Below, one piece after another: positions 42,126 through 56,582 of a stretch of 64,000 bases of DNA. The position numbers were made by a program, and so were the translations under genes. Numbering within the stretch: the first letter of the stretch is position 1; each line of letters opens with the position of its first letter. The notes beneath the pieces were generated by a model that was given only the letters and a program-made list of their open reading frames with translations, ran no database searches and was not told the origin of the DNA. This DNA is from Eledone cirrhosa (taxonomy: Eukaryota), in assembly GCA_964016885.1 (NCBI GenBank), contig OZ024752.1, forward strand, positions 12,586,001 through 12,650,000, in the 5' to 3' direction.

Positions 42126-44129
42126 AACCTTTTAGTTTGCCATACAGAATGACCTGTTCACGAAATTAATGTGAAAGTGGCTGAGTATTCCACAGACATT
42201 TGTCCCCTAAATATGTACATTGTACCTCATTATTGAAAATAAGGCACACAAGCTTCAGTATCAATTAGATTTGATCTTCCAATAGTTTGCAAGTGGATTT
42301 CTACAAAACCATTCATATGTAAGATAGTTAAGATCTGTTTCAAGCTAAGGGCTCATTAGGCCAGTTCTTATCCCTGGTTTCCTTGGTGTTAAGCAAGACT
42401 CCCCCCTGGACAGAATGCCGGTCTATCACAGATTTAACTCCCCAGTTACTCCTGGTACTCATCTCAGCTGGGTGTATTGGAACAACATTCATTTTCCCCC
42501 TTATCTAATCTAATCCATCTTTGTGGTTAATTTAAGAAGACAAATTAACTTCGATCCTCGATAGCTAGCTGGAACTTGCACTGGTCTTGTTTACGCAGAA
42601 TCCAGCTAGTTTTTCTAGGTGTGAACATTTAACACGGAAACAAGGTGGTGGGTGTTAACAGATACTGATTTGGCAGACCGAAAATGCTTAATGTTTTTTA
42701 ATATGTCTGCATTGTGCATTCAAATGTTGTCAGGATGAATATTGCCTTTCATAACTTTGGGAATCGATAAAAGAAAAAAAATCATAGATATAAATTATGA
42801 TATGAACTTGGTCGATTCAATCAACAACACACCCTTTCCTGTGAAACTTTGCTGTGTATTTTATCTATAAATCAATAGAAGTCTCCAGAGAGCATTGTAG
42901 AACTAAGCTCTCAATGTGTCAAATTTACAAAACTGTTTCAATTCCAGATTGAATTCTGTTTTACTTTTCTTGCATTTTGTCTTTGGCTGCTTGTATTCAC
43001 AATTGTATTTTTTTTGTCATTACCCAAGATTCATGAGCACAGATAAGGTTTGGCATGAATACCACATTGAGGAGAGTTTTGCTTTTACATCTACCTCCCT
43101 TCTGCTTACTGAATGCTGAAGCTGGCACATTACTGCACCAGCTCCTGTAATTCTTGCACTTAGTTCAGCCTCTTGTCTTACATCATTCATGAATATGGCA
43201 CCAAGATACTTGAACTTTTCTCCCTGCTTCAGTGGAACTCCATTCACATATAGTGCACTGTACAGACTTCCTTGAGAGGACAATTGTCTCAGTTTTCGCA
43301 GCACTGATTTTCATTCTAGCCATGAAACACTCAGCATCAAACCTATCACGTGCAAGTCAGAGATCATCTTCTGTCAAGATAATTAACACCATGTCATCTG
43401 CAAATTGTAGCTGACTGATTGTACACCTGCCAGTTAGGAGAGCACTCAATCCTGTTCATGAAAATACTGAAGAGGATAGGTGACAGTATGTACTTTGGTG
43501 GGCTTGACTCCCACATTGAATGGGATCGATTTAGCACCATTTACCTGAACATAAATACTGGGGAATTCATATAGTGTATTCAGAGCAGCAAGGAGCTGAC
43601 AATGAATCCCATGCTCCTGCAGAACCTTTCAATGCAGGTCCCTAGGAATGCAGTACATTCTGACCGAGTGGAGGGTACCATAAGTTGAAATGGTTGATGT
43701 GTCAATGGCTGTTTTCCCGAGGCAATGCTTTCACCATCTTGTCTGTACGGTGCAGATTAGATATATTGTCAAGCCAAGGGTGTAGTTGTGCAGGAGTATG
43801 GCTTAGTGGTGAGAGCATTGAGCTTGCAATCGAAAGGTTGTGAGTTCAATTCTTGGATCGGGTGATGTGTTGTTTCCTTGAGCAAGACATTTTATTTCAC
43901 GTTGCTCCAGTTTACTCAGCTGTAGAAATGAGAGGATAGGACTGAGGTCCCTATCATTAAATCACCCAAGACATCTCTAACGAGATATACCTTGGAGGAG
44001 GCCAGTTAAACCTGCATAGGTGTCACACACAAGGGTGTAGTGTTTGCCCCTCCGACCCCACTGCTCGTTTTTCATTAGATACCCCCCTCCCCCACCCCAT
44101 TATTCTTTTTTCTTTTCCTGATTATTATA

Positions 44130-44775
44130 TTATTGGCAGAATCAGTAGAGCGTTGGACAACATGCTTTGCAGCACAGAGTTACGGCCCTTTATGTTCTGA
44201 ATTCAAATCCCGCTGAGGTTAGCTTTGTCTTTCATCCTTACATGATCGATAACATAAAGTACCAGTAATACACTGGTGCGATTTAATCAACTTTGTTGGT
44301 GTTGCACCTAAATCAGAAATCACTATTTTATTGGCAATATCGGTAGAGCGTCGGATAACATGCTTTGTGCCATAGAGTTACGGCCATTTACGTCCTAAGT
44401 TCAAATCTCGTCGAGTTTAGCTTTGCCTTTCATCCTTACAAGGTCGATAATATAAATTAGCAGTAATGCACTGGGGTTGATTTCCGCTCCCACAAATTGT
44501 TGGTCTTGTGTCTAAATCAGAATTGGTTGGTTTCTCTCTGTCACCACTACAACATAATGATGCCGATGTCCATCTAAATCACATAACCTAATGAGGCTGT
44601 TTGCTTGTTTACAAATGAATCGAAGGCAGCAGGGTAGAGTTACGCCCCTTCACAGCCTGAGTTCAAATCCTGCCAGGGTTAACTTTGCCTTTTATCCTTA
44701 CGGGGTCGATAAAATAAAGTACCAGTAATGTACTGGGAAGATTGCTGCCCTTGTGCCAAAAGTAGAAACAATTAT
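44130..44775 (+). mobile_element. Tandem cluster of three SINE A copies
   Basis: Family consensus repeated three times. Confidence 0.8.
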
Positions 44776-44951
44776 TATTATTCAATATAAAACTCACGAA
44801 TACATTTATGTATCCGCTATGTGAGAGCTAAAAACCAAATTCCAATTTTGTCATCATTTTAATCCTTTTTTAAAAATACTTTCATCATTTTCGTTTTTCT
44901 TTTATAAATCGTACATTTTCTTTATATAAATTTAATAAAGTATTTTTATTA

Positions 44952-45011
<60 letters not shown>

Positions 45012-45700
45012 TTTTTCTTCTAACTTTAATTTTATACCTAATTGTGTATGGTTGACGATATATTTAATCGATTTCCACGTGCTATTGAAATGCTGGGTAA
45101 ATATTCTATAGCTGTTGATCACGAATAGATGGCTGTCGTTTATTTATCTATTATTTCTTCATAGGTGGATTGGCAGTATCGGTAGAGGGTCAGACGCCAT
45201 GCTTTCCAGCATAGTTACGTCCCTTTACGATCTGAGTTCAAATCCTGCCCAGGTTAACTTTGCCTTTCATCCTTACGGGGTTGATAAAATAAAGTACCAG
45301 TAATACACTAGGGTGATTGCTGGCCTTGTGCCAAAAGTAGAAACAATTATTAGGAAGATAAACGAATATCGATTATTGTCCGGCTGCTTCCTCTTCGCAC
45401 CGGTCACCGTCGAGACTTCAGGGGTATTTAAACCCTGTACTGCCGAGATCCTCTGCAAGATTGGAATGTTGGCGGCCCGTCTGAGGAGGGAGCCCCGCGA
45501 GGTGGGGTGGCTGTTGCAGTGAGTGTCGTTGGCCATAGTCTGCGGGAATGCGTTTGCGGTTTTGTTCGCGGGGCACATCCCTATTACCACCACGCCCTAT
45601 ACCAAGAACCCCCCCCCCAATTATTCTGTCACACTACAGCCTTTCCCTTCTTTCTACGTTTTTTTTTTAATATTTCCTTATTTAAACTGAAGGTATATAC

Positions 45701-46035
45701 AAATCATATAAATAAATTTACAGTAGAATAACAACAAATATGTTTTAAATATATAGATAAATAACATTACAAATGCTTAGACAACATTATAAATTGCTCG
45801 CGATTCTTTCGAGAGGTTGCCCAGTACTCCTCGCTGCTGTCTTTTGTTCTGGTGTTGGATCCGTTGTTCACCCACTTCCTTTATATTTTCTTTAATATTG
45901 CAACATTAAAAGAATATATCCTTCTGAAATAATCGCGAGCAATTTATAATGTTATCTAAGCATTTGTAATGTTATTTATGTATATATTTAAAACATATTT
46001 GTTGCTATTCTACTGTAAATTTATTTATATGATTT
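45701..46035. repeat. Inverted repeat with ~110-bp arms and a ~115-bp spacer
   Basis: aaatcatataaataaatttacagtag...gctcgcgatt / aatcgcgagc...ctactgtaaatttatttatatgattt. Confidence 0.9.
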
Positions 46036-46239
46036 CCTTATTTTATATTCCTTTCCTTCTTCTCAATCTAAAATAAAATCTTTTCTTGGCAGCTCACCGT
46101 ACTGAGGTGTCAGGTGATGCCTGTGAGGGTGCCTGGTTATTTTAGCGCCTTAACCTCGCCATCACCCATGGTAATGTTGCGAGTGTGTTGGCTTGCCTCA
46201 AAGTATGCAATTAGCAGTTCTTCAGCAGCTGCCCATCGG

Positions 46240-48135
46240 TACCGGCATCCAGGGACTCCAGGCACCTCATTGTCAAGCTTGACATGAGGAATGCCTTTAA
46301 CTCTTTACGCCGGGATCATCTGCTCGAGGCCTACCTCAGCCGAGCCCCCTCTGCCTACCTGCTGGCCTACCTATCATATGGATCCTCGAGCATGCTCCTA
46401 GCTGCTGATATGGTCATACCCTCGGCTACTGGGGTCCAACAGGGCGACCCTTTGGGACCCCTCCTGTTCGCCCTTGGTATTGATGACAACGCCCGGAGTA
46501 TCACGGCCCCTCTCAACGTTTGGTATCTGGATGATGCTACGTTGGGCGGGCCCATATGGACGGTCTGCCAAGACCTTCAATCAGTGATTCCTGCCTTGAC
46601 GGGAATCGGCCTCCAGGTCAACTCGGCCAAGTCGGAGGTGTTGAACGTCAGCCTCGATGTTGCGAGCTTTGCAGCCTCCGTCTTGGACGTGCGGTCCATT
46701 CTCCGCCAGGTTCAGGTGACCCCAAAGAGGATGTCCTCATCCTTGGGTCACCGATCTACCCGCCGGCCACCCGCTCCACCATCAGGTCCAGGCTTCAACA
46801 GCGCCAGACTCTCATGAGCCGACTGGGCTTGATTGACAGCCACCCAGCTCTCTTTCTGCTGAGGAACTGCTTCGCCATGCCGAAGCTCCTCTATACACTC
46901 CGCAGCGCTCCATGCTACACCCAGACATCTCTCCTCGCTGACCTCGATACTTGTATCCGAGCAGCAGCCGAGGGGATATGCAACGTCAAGTTTGACGACA
47001 TAGGGTGGCAACAGGCCACTTTACGGGTCAGGTATGGCGGCCTTGGCCTCCGGTCCCCGATTTCACTAGCTTTGCTGGCGTATCTTTCGTCGGTAACCTC
47101 GTGCTGCGTCCTCATCAGCAGGGTTCTTCAAAACACAACAGAAGCCTGTGTTGAGAGAACGTGAAGCCGCCTGTGAGACGTGGGATCGGCTGGGACTTAG
47201 CCCAGTAGACGTCCCTCCTCCTTCTCCCTCTGTTGACGTCAAGTCCCCCCAACGCACTTGGGATGCCATCCAGTGCAGCCTGGCCTCAGACAGGCTCACG
47301 CGCCAGCTCGACCAGCACCGCCTTGCTTGTTTTCGTGTGGCATCCAAACCCCAGTGGTGCCTGGCTCCATGCCCTGCCCTCCTTCTCCACTGGCATGCAG
47401 CTAGAGAACCATAGCCTGCGAATCGGCGTTTCCCTGAGGCTCGGCCTCCGGATCTGCCAGCCACACCAATGTCGCTGCGGTTCCACCGTGGACTCTTTCG
47501 GCTTCCACCCGCTTTCCTGTCGCCACGGTTCCACCGTGGACTCTTTCGGCTTCCACCCACTTTCCTGTCGCCACGGTTCCACCGTGGACTCTTTCGGCTT
47601 CCACCCGCTTTCCTGTCGCCACAGTGCCGGCCGCATTCCACGCCATGCTGCCCTCAATGAGGTTATTAAGCATGGCTTGGACACTCCAAGCTTCCCTTCC
47701 CAGCTCGAGCCGGTGGGGCTGGATCGAGGGGACGGCAAAAGGCCAGGTGGCATGACCATCTTCCCGTTCCGCGGTGGCAAACCCCTCGTCTGGGATGCCA
47801 CTTGCACCGGCACTTTCTGCAGCCGCAACCTGGTGCAGTCTGCGACTGACCCAGGTTCTGCTGCACGTCGGACTGAGGGGGCGAAACTCCTCAAATACCG
47901 GTCGCTCTCCGACAGGTTTGCGGTTCCCCTGGCAGTGGAGACTTCTGGTGTCCTCGGCCCCAGGGCTACCTCCTTACTCACCACCATAGACGCTGAGCTG
48001 GCCAGCCGCAGGTGTGAGCCTCGCGAGTTGGAGTGGCTTTTCCAGCGCGTCTCCCTTGCCGTCCTCCGAGGAAACGCCTTCTCCATTCTGTCCGCCGGGG
48101 CTGTGGGTGGGCCCCATCGCGTACCAATACATTAG
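46240..48135 (+). mobile_element. CRE-like non-LTR retrotransposon (RT + zinc knuckle + RLE), 5'-truncated and frameshifted
   Basis: KLDMRNAFNSL, GVQQGDPLGPLLFAL, WYLDD, GGLGL, RHAALN, DGKRPGG, WDATC, LFQRVSLAVLRGNA; locally GC-rich. Confidence 0.85.
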
Positions 48136-48205
48136 TTAAATATCATATTTTCATCCGATACAACACAATAAAGACTAAAGTGTTTAAAACCCCCCCCCAA
48201 AAAAC

Positions 48206-48830
48206 CTCTCTACTAAATGTATACATGGGCTCTCCACTAAATGTATACATGGGCCCTCTACTAAATGTATACATGGGCCCTCTACTAAATGTATACATGG
48301 GCTCTCCACTAAATGTATACATGGGCTCTCCACTAAATGTATACATGGGCCCTCTACTAAATGTATACATGGGCTCTCCACTAAATGTATACATGGGCCC
48401 TCCACTAAATGTATACATGGGCCCTCTACTAAATGTATACATGGGCTCTCCACTAAATGTATACATGGGCTCTCCACTAAATGTATACATGGGCTCTCCA
48501 CTAAATGTATACATGGGCTCTCCACTAAATGTATACATGGGCTCTCCACTAAATGTATACATGGGCTCTCTACTAAATGTATACATGGGCTCTCTACTAA
48601 ATGTATACATGGGCTCTCCACTAAATGTATACATGGGCTCTCCACTAAATGTATACATGGGCTCTCTACTAAATGTATACATGGGCTCTCTACTAAATGT
48701 ATACATGGGCTCTCCACTAAATGTATACATGGGCTCTCTACTAAATGTATACATGGGCTCTCCACTAAATGTATACATGGGCTCTCTACTAAATGTATAC
48801 ATGGGCTCTCTACTAAATGTATACATGGGC
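48206..48830. repeat. 24-bp minisatellite, ~26 copies
   Basis: Unit ctaaatgtatacatgggc(t/c)ctc(c/t)a, with palindromic core atgtatacat. Confidence 0.97.
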
Positions 48831-49120
48831 TTCTAAACAGCTTCTGTTTGTCCTCAATTCTTTTAGTCATGTCCACCATACAACCTCTTTTGCCATCGTC
48901 ACCAGATAGGGTAAATCTGCCAGTCATTCAAAGGATGATGGCAGAGTAATCTATTTTCATAATGCACTTGGCTAGTAACTACATCTATCCTACATGTGAT
49001 GATACTCCTAATGTGTGAGGTGTGGTCAATTGTTTGTACTTGGTGGTGAATTGCCCCACCCTCCCCTTTTCTTTCATTTATAATTATTGTTCAGTAAATT
49101 ATGTTAATTATTATATAAAT

Positions 49121-49590
49121 TGGTGGATTGGCAGTATCAGTCGAGGGTCGGACGCCATGCTTTCCAGCATAGTTACGTCCCTTTACGATCTGAGTTCAAA
49201 TCCCGCCGAGGTTGACTTTGCCTTTCATCCTTACGGGGTCGATAAAATAAAGTACCAGTAATGCACTGGGTAATTGCTGGCCTTGTGCCTAAAGTAGAAA
49301 CAATTATTATATAAATTGCATTTGTGTTTTTCTATTTAATTGTTTTAGTGATTATAAACATCAATTATGAGCGGTAGATTGGCAGTATCGGTAGAGGGTC
49401 GGACGCCATGCTTTGCAGCATAAAGTTACGGTCTTTTACGATCTGAATTCAAATCCCGCCAAGGTTAACTTTGCCTTTCACCCATACGGGATCGATAAAA
49501 TAAAGTACCAGTCACGCACTGGGGTTGATTTAATCGACTTTCCCCTCCCCCAAAATTGCTGGCCTTGAGCCTATGGTAGAAACCATTGTT
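49121..49590 (+). mobile_element. Two SINE A copies
   Basis: Family consensus at 49121-49308 and 49372-49590. Confidence 0.87.
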
Positions 49591-49881
49591 ATAAACATCA
49601 AATTATTACTATTATTAGATAATTTCATTTTCAAAGGAAGCCAAGCGTAGCAGAGAAGTATTTCTAAAAAGCCAAACACGCTTCAGTATTTTTGGATGTT
49701 CAACACGGTTCACTCGCAACATGAAGTGGTCTGTGAAACAACTTCTCTCCTACCAACTTTCTCTCTATATACAAACGCATCTGTCTCTCATTCTCCCTCC
49801 TCTCTCTCTGTCCACACGCACGCACACACGCACACACGCACACACACACACACACAGATATATAAAATATATATATATATG

Positions 49882-49922
<41 letters not shown>

Positions 49923-50114
49923 TGTGAAGGCACATGGCTTAGTGGTTAAAGCATTGGGCTTGCAATCGAAAGGTTGTGAGTTCAATTCTCGGACCGGGTG
50001 ATGTGTTGTTTCCTTGAGCAAGACACTTTATTTCAGTTTACTCAGCTGTAGAAATGAGTACCGGCCTGCCCGCCCAGCCAGTGGGATGGCGTTATCTTAT
50101 GGCTAAAACAGCAC

Positions 50115-51879
50115 GACACACTTCACTCAACCAACAAACCACTCACACTCCACTCACTTGTCAGAGACTCAACCAACAAGCCACTCACACTCACTAAGAC
50201 ACACTTCACTCAACCAACAAGCCACTCACACTCACTAAGACACACTTCACTCAACCAACAAACCACTCACGCTCCACTCACTTGTCAGAGACTCAACCAA
50301 CAAGACACTCACACTCACTAAGACACACTTCACTCAACCAACAAACCACTCACGCTCCACTCACTTGTCAGAGACTCAACCAACAAGACACTCACACTCA
50401 CTAAGACACACTTCACTCAACCAACAAGCCACTCACACTCACTAAGACACACTTCACTCAACCAACAAACCACTCACACTACACTCACTTGTCAGAGACT
50501 CAACCAACAAGCCACTCACACTCACTAAGACACACTTCACTCAACCAACAAACCACTCACACTCCACTCACTTGTCAGAGACTCAACCAACAAGACACTC
50601 ACACTCACTAAGACACACTTCACTCAACCAACAAGCCACTCACACACACTAAGACACACTTCACTTAACCAACAAACCACTCACACTCCACTCACTTGTC
50701 AGAGACTCAACCAACAAGCCACTCACACTCACTAAGACACACTTCACTCAACCAACAAACCACTCACACTCCACTCACTTGTCAGAGACTCAACCAACAA
50801 GACACTCACACTCACTAAGACACACTTCACTCAACCAACAAGCCACTCACACACACTAAGACACACTTCACTTAACCAACAAACCACTCACACTCCACTC
50901 ACTTGTCAGAGACTCAACCAACAAGCCACTCACACTCACTAAGACACACTTCACTCAACCAACAAACCACTCACACTCCACTCACTTGTCAGAGACTCAA
51001 CCAACAAGCCACTCACACACACTAAGACACACTTCACTCAACCAACAAACCACTCACACTCCACTCACTTGTCAGAGACTCAACCAACAAGCCACTCACA
51101 CTCACTAAGACACACTTCACTCAACCAACAAGCCACTCACGCTCCACTCACTTGTCAGAGACTCAACCAACAAGCCACTCACACTCACTAAAACACACTT
51201 CACTCAACCAACAAGCCACTCACACTCACTAAGACACACTTCACTCAACCAACAAACCACTCACACTCCACTCACTTGTCAGAGACTCAACCAACAAGCC
51301 ACTCACACTCACTAAAACACACTTCACTCAACCAACAAGCCACTCACACTCACTAAGACACACTTCACTCAACCAACAAACCACTCACGCTCCACTCACT
51401 TGTCAGAGACTCAACCAAGACACTCACACTCACTAAGACACACTTCACTCAACCAACAAGCCACTCACACACACTTCACTCAACCAACAAACCACTCACA
51501 CTCCACTCACTTGTCAGAGACTCAACCAACAAGACACTCACACTCACTAAGACACACTTCACTCAACCAACAAACCACTCACACTCCACTCACTTGTCAG
51601 AGACTCAACCAACAAGACACTCACACTCACTAAAACACACTTCACTCAACCAACAAGCCACTCACACACACTAAGACACACTTCACTTAACCAACAAACC
51701 ACTCACACTCCACTCACTTGTCAGAGACTCAACCAACAAGACACTCACACTCACTAAGACACACTTCACTCAACCAACAAACCACTCACTCTCCACTCAC
51801 TTGTCAGAGGATCAACCAACAAGCCACTCACACTCACTAAGACACACTTCACTCAACCAACAAGCCACTCACACTCACT
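50115..51879. repeat. Composite minisatellite of related 41/42-bp monomers
   Basis: gacacacttc recurs at spacings of 83 and 41 bp; all monomers share actcaaccaacaa. Confidence 0.95.
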
Positions 51880-52161
51880 ATTTTTACTTAGAACATACCA
51901 AGTAATTGTTCGTAGAAAGCACAGCTGCTTCTGCTGCCAAACGAAGAAGAGCTACAGAGTCGTCCGTCGAGAAATTGACTCGGTTGTCACAAAATGCAAC
52001 TCGAAATCCAATTACCCGGTCAACCGAGACAGAAGAACAGAGGAGCATCCGGCTTTCCAGGAGTGCATTTCTAACTGCAGTTGCACGTGCAGCGCAAACT
52101 GATGAACAACATTCTCGACGAAAGCAATTAAACTCCGAGCAACGCCGGGCACTTCTGCTAG
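51880..52161 (+). mobile_element. Helitron deletion derivative, 3' end
   Basis: Peptide RRRATES..ETEEQRSIRL..ARAAQTDEQHSRR resembles the charged N-terminus of Helitron Rep/helicase proteins; ends ccgagcaacgccggg..CTAG|T. Confidence 0.6.
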
Positions 52162-52707
52162 TATATATATATATATATTGCTACGAAAAACGTCATTAAA
52201 AACCGCGGAAGATATATTTACTATTCCACGAATATGCGGTGCTTTCACGAACAATTATTTGGTAAAATTAGCGAGTTATATATTTAACGCTAAACTATTA
52301 ATTGTTTCTACTTTTGGCACAAGGCCAGCAATAACTCAGTAGATTACTGGTACTTTATTTTATCGACCCCCGTAAGGATGAAAGGCAAAGTTAACCTCGG
52401 CGGGATTTGAACTCAGAATGGCAAGGGCCGTAACTCTATGCGTTAAAGCATGGCGTCCGACCCACTACCGATAATAACAATATATTGTATTTGCCGGCCT
52501 ATTGGACGCCCCTTCGCATAAAACGCTTCCTCTTTTTTAAAAATTATATTTTACGTTATATTTTGAAGTTTGTAGGCATTTTTATGGACAACGTCCAATA
52601 TTCGCGGTTTTTCACTGTTCTCTGGTGCCCTAGAAACGTAACCCCCGCGAATTCAGTGGACAAGTGTATAAGTATATATATATATACACACATACATACA
52701 AACACGC

Positions 52708-52829
<122 letters not shown>

Positions 52830-53084
52830 ATCCACACCACACCATACACACACACACACACATACACACACACTAATATCACGCACAGACTTGTCTCCAC
52901 ACCTGGCGGCAAGTGCTTGATTTATTTACTATTTACAGGCATCAAATTTTACACATTAGACGTTACACGTACACACGTACAACACACACACACTCAAACA
53001 GGTACATACATACACACACACACGACATATGTTTGTATGTATACATATACACATACATACAAAAATACATACACCCACAAACAC

Positions 53085-53115
<31 letters not shown>

Positions 53116-53283
53116 CGTGCGTGTGTGTGTGTGTGTATGTGTGTATATATACACACATGCGTATATATAAAACCATGGGACTAAATGGTTTTTTTCTTTG
53201 ATTGTTGGTAAATGTGACATCGTGTATATTGTGGTTCTGATAAGAAAGTATATAGAGAGAATTACAGGGATATAAGATACAAG

Positions 53284-54776
53284 TACTACCACCACTACCA
53301 CCACCACCAATACCACTACCACCACCAATACCACTACCAATACCACCACCAATACCACTACCACCAATACCACCAATACCACTACAACCAATACCACCAA
53401 TACCACCACCAATACCACTACCACCACCAATACCACTACCAATACCACCACCAATACCACTACCACCAATACCACCAATACCACTACAACCAATACCACC
53501 AATACCACCACCAATACCACTACCACCACCAATACCACTACCAATACCACCACCAATACCACTACCACCAATACCACCAATACCACTACAACCAATACCA
53601 CCACCACTACCACCAACACCACCACCAACACTACCACCAATACCACTACCACCATACAAGTACCACTATACAAGTACCACTACCACCACCACCACCACTA
53701 CAACCAACACTACCACCAATACCACCACCACTACCACCACCAATACAACTACCACCAATACCACTACCACCACTACCACTACTAATACCACCACTACCAA
53801 TACCACTACCAATACCACCACCACTACCAATACCACCACCACCACCACCACCACTACAACCAACACCAACACTACCACTACTACCACCCTACAAGTACTA
53901 CCACCACCAATACCACCACCAATAACACTACCACCAATACCACCACCACCACCACCATACAAGTACTACCACCACCAATACCATCAATAACAACAACACC
54001 ACCACCACCACCAACACCACCACCACCACTACAACCATCACCAACACCAACACCAACACCACCACCACCACCATACAAGTACCACCACCACCACCAACAA
54101 CAGCAACAACAATAACAGCAGCAACAACAACAACAACAATAACAACAGCAGCAACAACAACAACAATAACAACAGCAGCAGCAACAACAATAACAGCAAT
54201 AACAACAACAACAACAGTAACAAAAACAACAGTAACAACAGTAACAACAACAGTAACAACAACAACAGTAACAACAGTAACAACAACAGTAACAACAACA
54301 GCAACAACAACAGCAACAACAACAACAGTAACAACAACAGCAACAACAACAGCAACAACAACAACAGCAACAACAACAACAGCAACAACAACAACAATTG
54401 CAATGATGTTATATTAGCCAGAGGACAGCAGAAATACATAAACATTAGATTACAGTGATGTAAACAGAAGGAAGAGGGTGTCCACACTCACACACACACA
54501 CACGTACAAGTACACACACGCACACACACGTACGTACAAGTACACACACACCACACCACACACACACACACGTACGTACAAGTACACACACACACACGTA
54601 CGTACAAGTATACACACACACACACACAAGTACGTACAACTATACCCCCCCCCACACACACACACCACACCACGCACACACGTACGTACAAGTACACACA
54701 CACACACACCACGCACACACAATTACGTACAAGTATACACACACACACACCACGCACGTACAAGTACACACACACA
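53284..54776. repeat. Low-complexity (ACC/AAT)n, (AAC/AGC)n and (CA)n-cgtacaagta tracts
   Basis: Direct inspection. Confidence 0.95.
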
Positions 54777-54971
54777 TTCGTACGATAAGATATCAGTAAC
54801 TGAATGCAATTCGATTTATTGTGTATCAATCGCAATCATAATTATACATACAGGTAAACAGAAATTGTGTTATAAACCCAGCTACCCAATCACACAGAGC
54901 AAGGTGTGGTGATGGAATTTCTCTCTAATAATTTTTGAGGTAAGCCAATAATACACATATTGCGTTGGCAC

Positions 54972-55711
54972 GATCAGGATCAACTAGAGACGGTATCAAC
55001 TATTGAGGCAAGCCACGGGATCAACTAGAGTCGGTATCACCCATTGAGGCAAGCCACGGGATCAACTAGAGATGGTATCAACTATTGAGGCAAGCCACGG
55101 GATCAACTAGAGTCGGTATCAACTATTGAGGCAAGCGACGGTGTCAACCATTGAGGCAAGCCACGGGATCAACTAGAGACGGTATCAACTAGAGACGGTA
55201 TCAACTATTGAGGCAAGCCACGGGATCAACTACAGTCGGTATCAACTATTGAGGCAAGCCACGAGATCAACTAGAATCGGTATCAACTATTGAGGCAAGT
55301 CACAGGATCAACTACAGTCGGTATCAACTATTGAGGCAAGTCACGTGATCAATTAGTCAGTATCAACTATTGAGGCAAGTCACGGGATCAACTAGATTCG
55401 GTATCAACTATTGAGGCAAGCCACGGGGTCAACTACTATCGGTATCAACTATTGAGGCAAGTCAAGGGATCAACTACAGTCGGTATCAACTATTGAGGCA
55501 AGCCACGAGATCAACTATTGAGGCAAACCACAGTATCAACAATTGAGGCAAGCCACGAGATCAACTACTGCCCGGATCAACTATTGAGGCAAGCCACGAG
55601 ATCAACTATTGAGGCAAGCCACGGGATCAACTATTGAGGCAAGCCACGGGATCAACTATTGAGGCAAACCACGAGATCAACTACTGTCCGGATCAACTAT
55701 TGAGGCAAGCC
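54972..55711. repeat. 41-bp minisatellite decaying into ~24-bp units
   Basis: Unit gatcaactagagtcggtatcaactattgaggcaagccacgg. Confidence 0.95.
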
Positions 55712-56160
55712 AATAATAAACCCAGGATATTGCCACGGTCTGGATCAAACGTCATATTTTAACGCAAAGACGATACAAGCCAACAAAAAACAAAACACAA
55801 CAAAAGACATAAACAACACGAAAACAACAACAAAATAAACTACAAAATCAGTAAAGAGAAAGTCGAGTCACTACAACCACTACAAGGCGGGGAATATACC
55901 AACATTCACACGCACGTACATGCACACACATGACACAACAGCAGCACAATTGACAATTATATGGAGAATTAATAGTTATTTAAAGACAAAGAAGATATCT
56001 GTTTTGTTGGTCTGGAGTTTCGTCTGTTTATCACAGGTCATCAATAAATATTAAAACTCTACTTGAGTATACTCTTTGCTCTTAGCCGTGAACCGCATAC
56101 GAATATATATATATATATACATACATATATCTAAAAAGTAGGACTCTACTCGAACTTCAG

Positions 56161-56229
<69 letters not shown>

Positions 56230-56273
56230 AGCTGAAACGGCCCAAGCTCGCGGTCGATCCTCTACTTTCACTA

Positions 56274-56304
<31 letters not shown>

Positions 56305-56542
56305 CACACACACACAAGAAACAAAAACACGACTGCGAGGCATCAAATCCCAGCCGTTACACCCACCTGTGATTAGCTTTCATTTACTGCATAGTCGGGC
56401 TACACATCTCACACAACAATGATGACTTTGTATATAGGCAAAAGGGTCAGTCGCTTATCATATCATCGGACAGAGGGCGCCGACGCTCTTCGGGGAACCT
56501 TACTTATGATGTTCTTAACAATTACATTAGCTCAGGTAAGAC

Positions 56543-56582
<40 letters not shown>

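Noticed and set aside
48033-48927. Repeat-protein ORFs (LNVYMGSP)n, (MYTFSGEP)n, (CIHLVESP)n
   Set aside because: A 24-bp tandem repeat is open in several frames on both strands; there is no splice or other coding evidence.
49630-49740. Unique-looking segment that might be a further exon
   Set aside because: No convincing splice-site pair or recognisable peptide in any frame.
52963-54487. Gly-rich, Val-rich and poly-Leu ORFs
   Set aside because: Products of trinucleotide low-complexity tracts.
54972-55711. CRISPR-like repeat/spacer appearance
   Set aside because: The variable parts are ~7 nt and related to each other, there are no cas genes, and the context is eukaryotic.
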